From an uncultured virus (IMG/VR IMGVR_UViG_3300046524_000574) (Duplodnaviria > Heunggongvirae > Uroviricota > Caudoviricetes), in IMG/VR virus record IMGVR_UViG_3300046524_000574: a stretch of 64,000 nucleotides of DNA; one strand, written 5' to 3'. Both the position numbers and the translations under genes were made by a program. This document shows positions 7,956 through 16,963 of the stretch, in pieces (position 1 is the first letter of the stretch; each line of letters starts with the position of its first letter). The notes beneath the pieces are model-generated. The model ran no database searches. It had not been told where the DNA came from and was given only the letters and a program-made list of their open reading frames with translations.

Positions 7956-9920
7956 ATGAAAAAGACCATTATCGCGGCGCTACTCGCGGGCAGTTGCCTG
8001 CCAGCTTTTGCGGCCAACTATTTCGTCGTCGTTCCGGTACCAAACCGCACGCCGACGGCCGGCAACATTCTGGTGACGCTCAGCGGCTACACGCTACCAG
8101 CTGGCGTGGTCGGTCGCGCGTACGCTGGTTTCGATTTCAACTCGGTGCTTCAGGTCCAAGGCGACCCGAACTTTGTCGCATCGAGCGTGCGCTGGTCGGC
8201 GGGCGCGCTGCCTGCCGGGATGACCCTGAGTTCGACTGGCAAGTTGAATGGCGTCCCGACGACCGGCGGCACCTCGACAATTCAGGTGCTCGCAAGTTAC
8301 AAGACGAAGGCAGGCCAGCAGGGCTATCAGGTTTTCGTGGCGGATGTGGCCGTGGCGCTTTTGAGCGCTGCGCTGCCAGACGGCGTTCAGGGCGCGACAT
8401 ACTCATACGATTTCAAGTCTCGCCTTTCAGTGACTGGAGATTCGCAATTCACGCCGGCGCAGGTCACGTGGTCGTCCATCGGAAGTCTGCCCACGGGTCT
8501 CCAGTTGCAAGCCGACGGCACGCTGACTGGCATTCCCACCGTGGCTGGCACGTACGCTTTCAAGGTGCAAGCGAGCTATCTCAACAAAGATGGTCAGCAG
8601 GACTACCAGGTATTGGTCGGGGCGATTACGGTCGCTCTCGGCAATGCGACGCTGCCTGCCGGCGTGCAGGGCGCCGCATACAGTTATGACCTGAAACAGA
8701 AGCTTTCCATCTCGGGAGATGCCGCTTACGCTGGCGCGGGTGTGACCTGGAGCCTGACCTCGGGGAGCCTGCCAGCAGGTCTAAGCCTTGGCGCGGATGG
8801 TGTCATTAACGGCACGCCGACGGCGGAAAACGCAGGCACGCCGTTCACAATTCAGGCCGCCTACAAGACGAAAGCCGGGCAGCAATCCTATTCGGTGCTG
8901 GTCGGCGCAATCACCGTGACGCTCAAGGGCAGCACGGCACCTGCGGCGACGGTCGGTCAGGCCTATAACAGCGGCAATGGCTGGGACCTCCAGCCCAATC
9001 TGACTATTGCCGGCGACGCAGGGTACAAAAACGATGGCGCGGGTGTGACGTGGGCAGTGACCGGCGGCGCGCTGCCGGCGGGTCTTGCGCTAAACAGCAA
9101 CGGTACGGTCACCGGCACGCCGACCGGAAGCAGCGGGACCAACCCGTTGCAGGTGACGGCCGCCTATAAGAGCAAGTCAACTGCCCAGAGCTACACCATC
9201 CCGTTCACGGGCGGCATAACGCAGTATTCCGGCTATCGCGCCTGGTCTGATGGCTCGATGGCCAAGAGCTGCCTCGAGTATTTCAACGGCAAGACGGGCT
9301 TTGCATACGCAGGCGCAACAGGCACCGGCGTCTACCGCGTCGACGTTGACGGGTCGGGTGCGCTGACGCCAGTTGATGTGGTCTGCGACATGACGAACGA
9401 CGGTGGCGGGTGGACCGTGTTCCAACGTCGCACGAATGGCGCGGTCAATTTCTACCAGACCTACGCAGCTTACGCGGCGGGCTTTGGTGCCGCGGCGACC
9501 GAATACTGGATGGGTAACGACCGGCTGGCCGCGCTCACAGCCGCGGGAGCTACTACCTTGCGCATCGACCTGACGCGATATACCGGCGCGACGGGTTATG
9601 CCAAGTACGCAGGGTTCAAGGTCGCTACGGCGGCGGATGCCTACCGCCTCTCCTTGACGTATTCGGGAGGCACGATTGGTGATTCGCTGACCTATCAGAA
9701 CGGCATGCAGTTCACTACTCAGGACGTCGACCACGACCCGTATCCGGATAACTGCGCGGTCACGTTCCATGGTGCCTGGTGGTACAACTCCTGCCACCAG
9801 TCGAATCTGAATGGCGGTTATCTCCATGGCGTCCACACGTCGTATGCCGACGGTATGGAATGGAACACCTGGACAGGCCAGTACGAGTCCATGGTGAAAA
9901 CCGAGATGAAGGTTCGGTAA
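7956..9920 (+). CDS. He_PIG repeat protein with complete fibrinogen C-terminal (FReD, ficolin-like) domain, paralog 4 (4 modules)
   Basis: MKKTII start matches paralogs; CDMTNDGGGWTVFQRR..G.VNFY, GFG..EYWMGN, LRIDL, NGMQFTTQDVDHD, NCA, GAWWYNSCHQSNLNG, TEMKVR; CTATAC at 7923-7928. Confidence 0.9.
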   Translation: MKKTIIAALLAGSCLPAFAANYFVVVPVPNRTPTAGNILVTLSGYTLPAGVVGRAYAGFDFNSVLQVQGDPNFVASSVRWSAGALPAGMTLSSTGKLNGVPTTGGTSTIQVLASYKTKAGQQGYQVFVADVAVALLSAALPDGVQGATYSYDFKSRLSVTGDSQFTPAQVTWSSIGSLPTGLQLQADGTLTGIPTVAGTYAFKVQASYLNKDGQQDYQVLVGAITVALGNATLPAGVQGAAYSYDLKQKLSISGDAAYAGAGVTWSLTSGSLPAGLSLGADGVINGTPTAENAGTPFTIQAAYKTKAGQQSYSVLVGAITVTLKGSTAPAATVGQAYNSGNGWDLQPNLTIAGDAGYKNDGAGVTWAVTGGALPAGLALNSNGTVTGTPTGSSGTNPLQVTAAYKSKSTAQSYTIPFTGGITQYSGYRAWSDGSMAKSCLEYFNGKTGFAYAGATGTGVYRVDVDGSGALTPVDVVCDMTNDGGGWTVFQRRTNGAVNFYQTYAAYAAGFGAAATEYWMGNDRLAALTAAGATTLRIDLTRYTGATGYAKYAGFKVATAADAYRLSLTYSGGTIGDSLTYQNGMQFTTQDVDHDPYPDNCAVTFHGAWWYNSCHQSNLNGGYLHGVHTSYADGMEWNTWTGQYESMVKTEMKVR

Positions 9921-9933
9921 TCCGGAGCGAGCA

Positions 9934-11889
9934 ATGAAAAAAACTATTCTTGCTGCGCTCATCGCCGCAGCCTCTGTTTCCGCGATGGCATCAGACTACT
10001 TCGTTGTGGTTCCCGTGCCGAACCGCTCGGCCACGACAGGTAACATTCTCGTTACGCTGAGCTCGTATGGTCTGCCGAACGCTGTCGCGGGCGACGCATA
10101 TGCAGGGTTCGATTTCAGCTCAGTGCTGCAAGTCAAAGGCGACCCGAACTTCACGCCTTCAAACGTGCGATGGTCCGTGTCAACGGGCGCGCTGCCGGCG
10201 GGTCTGTCGCTCAGTTCTGGCGGTCAACTGACGGGCACTCCCACGGTGGCGGGCACCTCTAACTTTGGGGTGATGGCGGCGTACAAGACTAAGGCCGGGC
10301 AACAGACCTACGCGGTGATGGTCAACAATCTGGTTGTGTCGCTCGCTTCGGCAAGTCTGCCTGTGGGCATTCAAGGAGCTGCATACAGCTATGACTTGAA
10401 GCCGAAACTCGCCATCACAGGGGACGCTGCGTACACGGGCCAGGGCATCACGTGGAGTGTTGCGGGTGGCAGCTTGCCCGCAGGCCTGAGCCTGAGTGCG
10501 GATGGCGTTATCTCCGGCACGCCAACGGCTGCAAACACCGGTACTCCGTTTGCCGTTCAGGCCTCGTACAAGACGAAGGCAGGGCAGCAGGCCTACCAGG
10601 TTGTCGTCGGCGCTATCGTGGTCACGCTCGGCGGCGCGGCGCTTCCTGCGGGCGTGCAAGGCGCGCCGTACAGCTACGACCTTAAGCCAAAGCTCGCCAT
10701 TACCGGCGATGCGGCATACGCAGGCACCGGCGTGACATGGAGTGTTGCGAGTGGCAGCTTGCCCGCGGGGCTGAGTCTGGGCGCAGACGGCGTCATCTCC
10801 GGCACTCCGAGCGCTGAAAGCGATGGCAGCACGCCGTTCACCGTTCAGGCGGCCTACAAGACCTCGACGGGGCAGCAGGGCTATGCCGTGGTGGTGGGTG
10901 CCATCACTGTGACATTGTCTGGCTCGACCTCGACGCCGCCGGGCGCGACGATTGGCCAGGCCTACAACAGCGGAAACGGTTGGAACCTCAAGCCGAATCT
11001 TGCGATTGCGGGCGATGCGGCGTACGCGGGAAATGGTGGCAGCGTCACCTGGTCGGTTGCCGGCGGCGCGCTCCCTACCGGGTTGAACCTCAACAGTGAT
11101 GGCACGGTGACTGGTACGCCGAGCGCGAACGGTACGAACCCGGTGCAGGTGAAGGCTGCGTACAAGGGAAAGTCTGCCACCCAGAGCTACACCTTCGCGG
11201 TCACGCAAATCCTGTCGCAGTTTTCGGGCTATCGGGCCTGGTCGGACAACACGTACGCCGCAAGTTGCAATGCGTATCTGAATCCCACGGCGGGACACCT
11301 GTATTCCGGCGCGACGGGCAATGGGGTGTACCGCTTGCAGACTGGCGGAACGGTCACCGATGCATACTGCGACATGACCGCGGATGGCGGCGGCTGGACA
11401 CTGGCGATGCGCGGCCTCGGCGGCAACATCACTGGATGGAACACCGCGGGCGCACTGAATCTGACACGCTCTGCGGCCGCTGATGCGTCGACGGGCATGA
11501 CCTTCAAGCTGGCCGACGCGACCATCAACCTGGTGCGCAACGGCGGACTCTATCGCCTGAAATCAGATGGGCTCATCAACCAGACGCGATTCGTGGCGCC
11601 TTTCGCTTATTCGCACACCACGCTGCTCACGCCGGCGATGACCGGCACGCCACCGACCGTCACATACGCGACTACCTCGTTCACGGGGCCCATGCGTGCG
11701 GCCAACCTGAGTCAGCCGTTCTACTACGGCATCTCCGACGACGGCGGGCAGTGGAACACGTACTTCTCGACCAACCGGACTGGTGGCGACTGGTCGCTCG
11801 GCATCAACGTAATCGGAAACGGAAACAACACTTCGCAATACTGCACGGGCGACATCGCCAACTGCAACTTCACGATGTGGGTGCGGTAA
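9934..11889 (+). CDS. He_PIG repeat / fibrinogen-hinge variable-tip protein, paralog 5 (4 modules)
   Basis: Starts 13 nt after paralog 4 with GGAG RBS; AYCDMTADGGGWT; ends TMWVR. Confidence 0.85.
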   Translation: MKKTILAALIAAASVSAMASDYFVVVPVPNRSATTGNILVTLSSYGLPNAVAGDAYAGFDFSSVLQVKGDPNFTPSNVRWSVSTGALPAGLSLSSGGQLTGTPTVAGTSNFGVMAAYKTKAGQQTYAVMVNNLVVSLASASLPVGIQGAAYSYDLKPKLAITGDAAYTGQGITWSVAGGSLPAGLSLSADGVISGTPTAANTGTPFAVQASYKTKAGQQAYQVVVGAIVVTLGGAALPAGVQGAPYSYDLKPKLAITGDAAYAGTGVTWSVASGSLPAGLSLGADGVISGTPSAESDGSTPFTVQAAYKTSTGQQGYAVVVGAITVTLSGSTSTPPGATIGQAYNSGNGWNLKPNLAIAGDAAYAGNGGSVTWSVAGGALPTGLNLNSDGTVTGTPSANGTNPVQVKAAYKGKSATQSYTFAVTQILSQFSGYRAWSDNTYAASCNAYLNPTAGHLYSGATGNGVYRLQTGGTVTDAYCDMTADGGGWTLAMRGLGGNITGWNTAGALNLTRSAAADASTGMTFKLADATINLVRNGGLYRLKSDGLINQTRFVAPFAYSHTTLLTPAMTGTPPTVTYATTSFTGPMRAANLSQPFYYGISDDGGQWNTYFSTNRTGGDWSLGINVIGNGNNTSQYCTGDIANCNFTMWVR

Positions 11890-11911
11890 GCCCGCTCGGG
11901 TAGCAGAAAGG

Positions 11912-11937
11912 GGGAGGCTAAATTGCCTCCCTTTCTC
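11912..11937 (+). terminator. Intrinsic terminator (GGAGGC-taaatt-GCCTCC)
   Basis: Stem-loop plus T-rich tail. Confidence 0.6.
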
Positions 11938-11994
11938 ATGGCATCAATCTAAGATTTTCCTATACGGGATACATTTCAAACCCCCGTGCAACTC

Positions 11995-13629
11995 ATGAAA
12001 AAAACCATCCTTGCCACCTTGCTCGCCGCCGGCAGCATTTCGGCGTTTGCGTCGGACTATTTCGTTGTCGTTCCTGTCCCAAATCGAACAGCGACCGCGG
12101 GCAATATCCTTGTTACGCTCAATGGATATTCGCTGCCGGCGGGCGTTCTTGGCCGGTCTTACGCAGGCTTTGATTTCAACGCGGTTCTACAGGTCAAGGG
12201 CGACCCAAGCTTTAGCCCCAGCAACGTACGATGGTCCCTCGCTGGCGGCGCGCTGCCGGCGGGACTCTCGCTTGGCGCGGACGGTAGGTTGAGCGGCACA
12301 CCGACTGTGGCAGTCACCTCGAGCTTCCAGGTGATGGCAAGCTACAAGACAAAAGCGGGCCAGCAGGCGTATCAGGTGTTCGTCGCAGACATCAACGTCG
12401 CATTGGCAGGGAACACGGCGATGCCGTCCGGCGTTCAGGGCGCGCAATACAGCTACGACCTGAAGAGTCTCCTGGCAGTCACAGGTGACCCGCAATACAC
12501 GCCTGCGCAGGTGTCATGGGCGCTTGCGAGCGGCGCCTTGCCTGTCGGTCTCCAGCTCAATTCCGACGGCAGGATTTCTGGGGTGCCAGGCGCGGAGGGG
12601 ACCTATCCTTTCACAGTCAAGGCGAGCTATCTCACCAAGTCCGGGCAGCAAAGCTACCAGATTGTGGTGGGCGCAATCACCATCAGCCTGGCTTCTGCAA
12701 CATTGCCTGACGCGCCGGCGGGAACCGCGTACACCTACGACCTGAAGCAGCACGTCACCGTGTCAGGAGACGCTGCGTATGCAGGCTCCGGGGCGGGTGT
12801 GAGCTGGAGCTCTGCTGGTCCACTTCCTGCCGGGCTGTCGATGGATGTGGCCGGTGTTATCTCGGGCACGCCGAGCGCCGCGGGCGTGAACACGCTGCAG
12901 GTTACGGCCGGCTACAAGGCCAAGACGTCCGCGCCAGCGAGCTACGCCCTGAAGGTGACGGCCAACGTCGTGGTCAGCAACGGTCACCGCGCGTGGTCGG
13001 ATGGCTCATTCGCGGCGAGCTGCAATGCCTATCGGAACCCCACTGGCCCGTATCTTTACACGGGCTCAACCGGGACCGGTGTTTATCGCATCAGTCTTGG
13101 TGGCACGCCAACCGACGTGTATTGCGACATGACCACGGCAGGCGGCGGCTGGACACTTGTTGGCCGCAGCGCGAGCGGCGGGACAGGCGTCTTCGGCTGG
13201 AACAGTGCTCAAGGTTCGCTGACAAATGAAGCTGTGCCGTATTCGCTCGGCAATACAGCGGCGCTCAATCCGACTCAGAGCTTACTCGGGAACTTCGCGG
13301 GCAATTTCACGTGGGGCGCATACGTTTACCAGACCAATTTGCCGGGTGGATTTCCGGGCAGTTGGGCCTCGACAGGTATTCAGTTGGGTAATCCGACGCC
13401 GGTAGCAGGTGGCAATCCGAATTTCGGTATGGCCCGAAGCATTGGATTCACGGCACGCACGGACGCGTTCTTCCTCCGCGATTGGGCGGAAACCTCTGGC
13501 GTCTATGGCCTGTTTCCGAATGGGTGGAACAGCGGCTACAACGACGGGAGTGACGACACTGCTGCGGGCTGGCCGATGGGTTGGGGCGGCTATATCAACA
13601 AGCAGCAGGGCTGGCTTTTCGTTCGCTAA
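11995..13629 (+). CDS. He_PIG repeat / fibrinogen-hinge variable-tip protein, paralog 6 (3 modules)
   Basis: MKKTIL start; VYCDMTTAGGGWT; ends WLFVR; CTATAC at 11960-11965. Confidence 0.85.
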   Translation: MKKTILATLLAAGSISAFASDYFVVVPVPNRTATAGNILVTLNGYSLPAGVLGRSYAGFDFNAVLQVKGDPSFSPSNVRWSLAGGALPAGLSLGADGRLSGTPTVAVTSSFQVMASYKTKAGQQAYQVFVADINVALAGNTAMPSGVQGAQYSYDLKSLLAVTGDPQYTPAQVSWALASGALPVGLQLNSDGRISGVPGAEGTYPFTVKASYLTKSGQQSYQIVVGAITISLASATLPDAPAGTAYTYDLKQHVTVSGDAAYAGSGAGVSWSSAGPLPAGLSMDVAGVISGTPSAAGVNTLQVTAGYKAKTSAPASYALKVTANVVVSNGHRAWSDGSFAASCNAYRNPTGPYLYTGSTGTGVYRISLGGTPTDVYCDMTTAGGGWTLVGRSASGGTGVFGWNSAQGSLTNEAVPYSLGNTAALNPTQSLLGNFAGNFTWGAYVYQTNLPGGFPGSWASTGIQLGNPTPVAGGNPNFGMARSIGFTARTDAFFLRDWAETSGVYGLFPNGWNSGYNDGSDDTAAGWPMGWGGYINKQQGWLFVR

Positions 13630-13635
13630 ATTCAC

Positions 13636-15078
13636 ATGAAAAAAACACTTCTCGCCGCCGTGCTTGCGGCCATCAGCTTCTCGGCATTCGCCGCCGATTA
13701 CTATGTTGTCGTGCCGGTACCGAATCGGGCAGCGAGCACGGGCAATATCCTCGTCACGCTCAATGGCTATTCGTTGGCGTCCGGCGTTGTTGGCCGCCCA
13801 TACATCGGCTTCGACTTTAACAACGCACTGCAGGTGCTTGGTGACCCCACATACACGCCGGGAAGTGTTCGCTGGTCTGTGGTGGGCGGCACGTTGCCTC
13901 CGGGGCTCGCGCTCGGCGCGGACGGAAAGCTCTCGGGCACCCCGAGGGCGGAGGCGTCATCGAGCTTCCAGGTGATGGCCGCGTACAAGAGTAAGGCAGG
14001 CCAGCAAAGCTATCAGGTGCTTGTGGCAAAGCTTGTCGTGAGCCTGGCCGGGGCAACACTTCCGGGCGGCATGGCGGGTGCGGCCTACAGCTACGACGTG
14101 AAGCCAAAGCTCCTGGTTACGGGAGACCCTCAATACTCGCCGACGTTAGTAGGCTGGTCGCTGACCGGCGGCGCGTTGCCAGCCGGTGTGCAGCTCGGCG
14201 CAGATGGGAACCTCATCGGAACGCCGACCGCAGCTGGGACTTTTCCTTTCACGCTTACGGCGAGCTATCAGGAGGGTTCGGGCTCGGCGAATTACAGCCT
14301 GGCGGTTGCAGCGAACGTTGTGAACAACGGGAGCTATCGTTCCTGGTCGGATGGCACCTACGCGGCGAGCTGCCAGGGTTACCTGAGCGCAAGTGCGCCT
14401 TACGTCTATTCCGGAGCGACCGGGGACGGCGTGTATCGCATTAATGTCGGCGGCGCGCCGACGGACGTGTATTGCAACCAGACAACGAACGGTGGCGGAT
14501 GGACGCTGGTGATGAAGCAGGCGCAGGGCGACGGGGCCACGCTTCAGGGCGATACGGCCTACTGGACGAGCGGCGTGACGCTCAATGACACAGCAGCGAG
14601 CCTGAACACGAACGACGGCAACTTCGTTTCATCCATGTTTGCGCGGATGAGCGCAACCCAGTACATGCTGCAGGCGGCCAATGAGTCGACAGTGAAGACG
14701 TATTCGCGCGCCGCGTCGACCCCTCTGGCCGCGTTCAGCAACGCCAACCGCACCCTGTACGATGATGCCAACGGCGTGCCTCAGGTTGACCCGGACTGGT
14801 TCATTCACGCAACGACTTATCCGACTGGGACCGTCATTACGCAGTCCCGCTTCGGATTCAACTTCATGGAGACCGTAGACGTGGTCGCCGGCACGGATTT
14901 GCCCTGTGGCGCGCGATGGGGATGGTCGTCTAATGAGAATCTGGCATCGAGCCCACTGAACGGGTCCAACGATGCGTGCGGCGGCCTGGGCGGGTATGGC
15001 TCACACTATGGCCTGTCCTGGATGAACAACAACCCAGGAGCCTGGCAACCCGCCACGCTGTACCTCTGGGCCAAATAG
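13636..15078 (+). CDS. He_PIG repeat / fibrinogen-hinge variable-tip protein, paralog 7 (2 modules)
   Basis: Starts 6 nt after paralog 6; ADYYVVVPVPNR; VYCNQTTNGGGWT; ends YLWAK. Confidence 0.85.
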   Translation: MKKTLLAAVLAAISFSAFAADYYVVVPVPNRAASTGNILVTLNGYSLASGVVGRPYIGFDFNNALQVLGDPTYTPGSVRWSVVGGTLPPGLALGADGKLSGTPRAEASSSFQVMAAYKSKAGQQSYQVLVAKLVVSLAGATLPGGMAGAAYSYDVKPKLLVTGDPQYSPTLVGWSLTGGALPAGVQLGADGNLIGTPTAAGTFPFTLTASYQEGSGSANYSLAVAANVVNNGSYRSWSDGTYAASCQGYLSASAPYVYSGATGDGVYRINVGGAPTDVYCNQTTNGGGWTLVMKQAQGDGATLQGDTAYWTSGVTLNDTAASLNTNDGNFVSSMFARMSATQYMLQAANESTVKTYSRAASTPLAAFSNANRTLYDDANGVPQVDPDWFIHATTYPTGTVITQSRFGFNFMETVDVVAGTDLPCGARWGWSSNENLASSPLNGSNDACGGLGGYGSHYGLSWMNNNPGAWQPATLYLWAK

Positions 15079-15160
15079 CTGACCGATTTGACCGGCATGC
15101 CGCAGCTCGGTACGCCGGTCGAAGCTATACATAGCAACGACAACGCCACCCAAGCTTTTC

Positions 15161-16870
15161 ATGAAAAAGACCGCCCTTGCCGCATTGCTCGCGGCCGCAA
15201 GCTTTTCTACCTTTGCCTCCGACTATTTTGTTGTCGTGCCGGTTCCAAGCCGCTCGGCCACGGCTGGCAATATCCTCGTTACGCTCAACGGATATTCGCT
15301 TCCTACCGGCGTCGTCGGTCGCACGTATGCAGGCTTCGATTTCAACGCCGTGCTCCAGGTGCTCGGAGACCCGTCTTATAGCCAGAGCAGTGTTCGCTGG
15401 TCCGTGGCCAGTGGCGCGCTTCCGGCTGGGCTCTCCCTGAGCGCCGACGGCAAACTCAGCGGCACGCCGACTGCCGCCGCGACATCGAGCTTCCAGGTGC
15501 TTGCGGCGTACAAGACCAAAGCAGGTCAGCAGGCCTACCAGGTGATGATTGCCGACATCGTCGTGGGACTCTCGAGCGCGACGCTCCCGCAGGGCGTGCA
15601 GGGCGCACCGTACAGCTATGACCTGAAGCAGAATCTGCAGGTTACCGGCGACCCGCAATACACTCCCGCGCAGGTGACGTGGTCGCTGGTGAGCGGCCCC
15701 TTGCCCGCGGGCGTGCAACTCAATACAAACGGCACGCTCAGCGGCACGCCTACGGCTGGCGGAACGTTCCCGGTTACCGTGCAGGCTAGTTACATGAACC
15801 GCGCTGGCCAGCGCACGTATCAGGTGATTGTTGCGACCGTCACCGTGGCGCTCTCGGATGTGGCGTTCCCCATGCTCACGGCGGGCACCGCGTACAGCTA
15901 CGACCTCAAGCAGAACCTTCAGGTCACCGGAGACACCGCGTACGCCGGCAATGGCGCCGGCGTGACGTGGTCGCTTTCGAGCGGTGCGCTGCCCGGCGGG
16001 TTGTCGCTCACGGGCGATGGCGTAATTTCTGGCTCGCCCACAACGGTCGGGGCCGCGTCGTTCGGAGTGAAGGCTGCGTATCTGCTCAGCTCGGGCAGCA
16101 AGGCCTACAGCATGGCGGTCAATGCCAACGTGAAGAACATGGGCAGCTATCGCGGGTGGTCCGACGGCACGTACGCGGCAAGCTGTCAGGCCTACCTGAG
16201 CCCGAGCGCGCCGTATATCTACGCGGGTGCGACGGGGGACGGCGTTTACCGAATCAGCGCTGGTGGCTCGACACTGGACGTCTACTGCAACCAGACTACC
16301 AACGGCGGCGGATGGGCGCTGCTCATGAAGCAGGCCCAGGGTGACTCGGCTACGCTGCGCTGGGGCACAGCATACTGGACGGGTACGACGCTCAACGAGC
16401 CGTCTGGCGCGAACACGGCCAACGGCAACTACGTCTCGACGGCCTTCAGCAAGATGCCGGTGACGCAGCTGGTGCTTCAGGCCGCGAATGAGGCTACGCT
16501 CAAGACTACCGCGGTCAGCAGCCAGACAGCGATGTCCGCCATGTCCGATGCGAAAGCAACCATCTACAGCGGCGACGTCGCAGGCATTCCGCAGACCTCG
16601 CCGAACTGGTCGACATACGTGACGAACTACCCGAATGACCTAGGCGGAGGAACACTGCTCAAGCAGTCTCGCTTCGGATTCAATTTCCGCGAGATGTCGG
16701 GCGGCAACAATGGCGTGTGTGGCGGCGCGAAATACGGCTGGGCAGTCGATGAAACGTCAACGGCGGCCATCAATGGCTGCGACGATTATGCAATCGGGCT
16801 GGGAGAACAGGGGGGGCAGGGCTTTCCGGCATTCAGCGCTCCGACAACCTACTACCTCTGGGGCAAATGA
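15161..16870 (+). CDS. He_PIG repeat / fibrinogen-hinge variable-tip protein, paralog 8 (3 modules)
   Basis: SDYFVVVPVPSR; VYCNQTTNGGGWA; ends YLWGK; CTATAC at 15125-15130. Confidence 0.85.
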   Translation: MKKTALAALLAAASFSTFASDYFVVVPVPSRSATAGNILVTLNGYSLPTGVVGRTYAGFDFNAVLQVLGDPSYSQSSVRWSVASGALPAGLSLSADGKLSGTPTAAATSSFQVLAAYKTKAGQQAYQVMIADIVVGLSSATLPQGVQGAPYSYDLKQNLQVTGDPQYTPAQVTWSLVSGPLPAGVQLNTNGTLSGTPTAGGTFPVTVQASYMNRAGQRTYQVIVATVTVALSDVAFPMLTAGTAYSYDLKQNLQVTGDTAYAGNGAGVTWSLSSGALPGGLSLTGDGVISGSPTTVGAASFGVKAAYLLSSGSKAYSMAVNANVKNMGSYRGWSDGTYAASCQAYLSPSAPYIYAGATGDGVYRISAGGSTLDVYCNQTTNGGGWALLMKQAQGDSATLRWGTAYWTGTTLNEPSGANTANGNYVSTAFSKMPVTQLVLQAANEATLKTTAVSSQTAMSAMSDAKATIYSGDVAGIPQTSPNWSTYVTNYPNDLGGGTLLKQSRFGFNFREMSGGNNGVCGGAKYGWAVDETSTAAINGCDDYAIGLGEQGGQGFPAFSAPTTYYLWGK

Positions 16871-16908
16871 AAAAGGAGGCTGGCGCGCGCGTCAGCCTCC
16901 TTTCATTT
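16871..16908. terminator. Probably bidirectional terminator (GGAGGC...GCCTCC) between the array and the Dsb gene
   Basis: aaaggaggctggc...gtcagcctccttt with flanking A and T runs, between convergent genes. Confidence 0.75.
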
Positions 16909-16963
16909 CCCGCTCGATGACGGGCCGCTTATGCTGTTTGCAGCTGAGCGGCCTTCGTCTTTC

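Noticed and set aside
750..16870. Diversity-generating retroelement acting on the variable tips
   Set aside because: No reverse transcriptase in the window and no template/variable repeat pair differing only at adenines was seen; tips differ wholesale. An RT elsewhere cannot be excluded.
750..16870. Shufflon or invertible cassette system
   Set aside because: All paralogs are full-length, on one strand and have their own signal peptides; no recombinase and no inverted crossover sites seen.
5021..16908. Integron attC sites between array genes
   Set aside because: The hairpins are short GC stems with T tails and lack the RYYYAAC...GTTRRRY arrangement; no integrase present.
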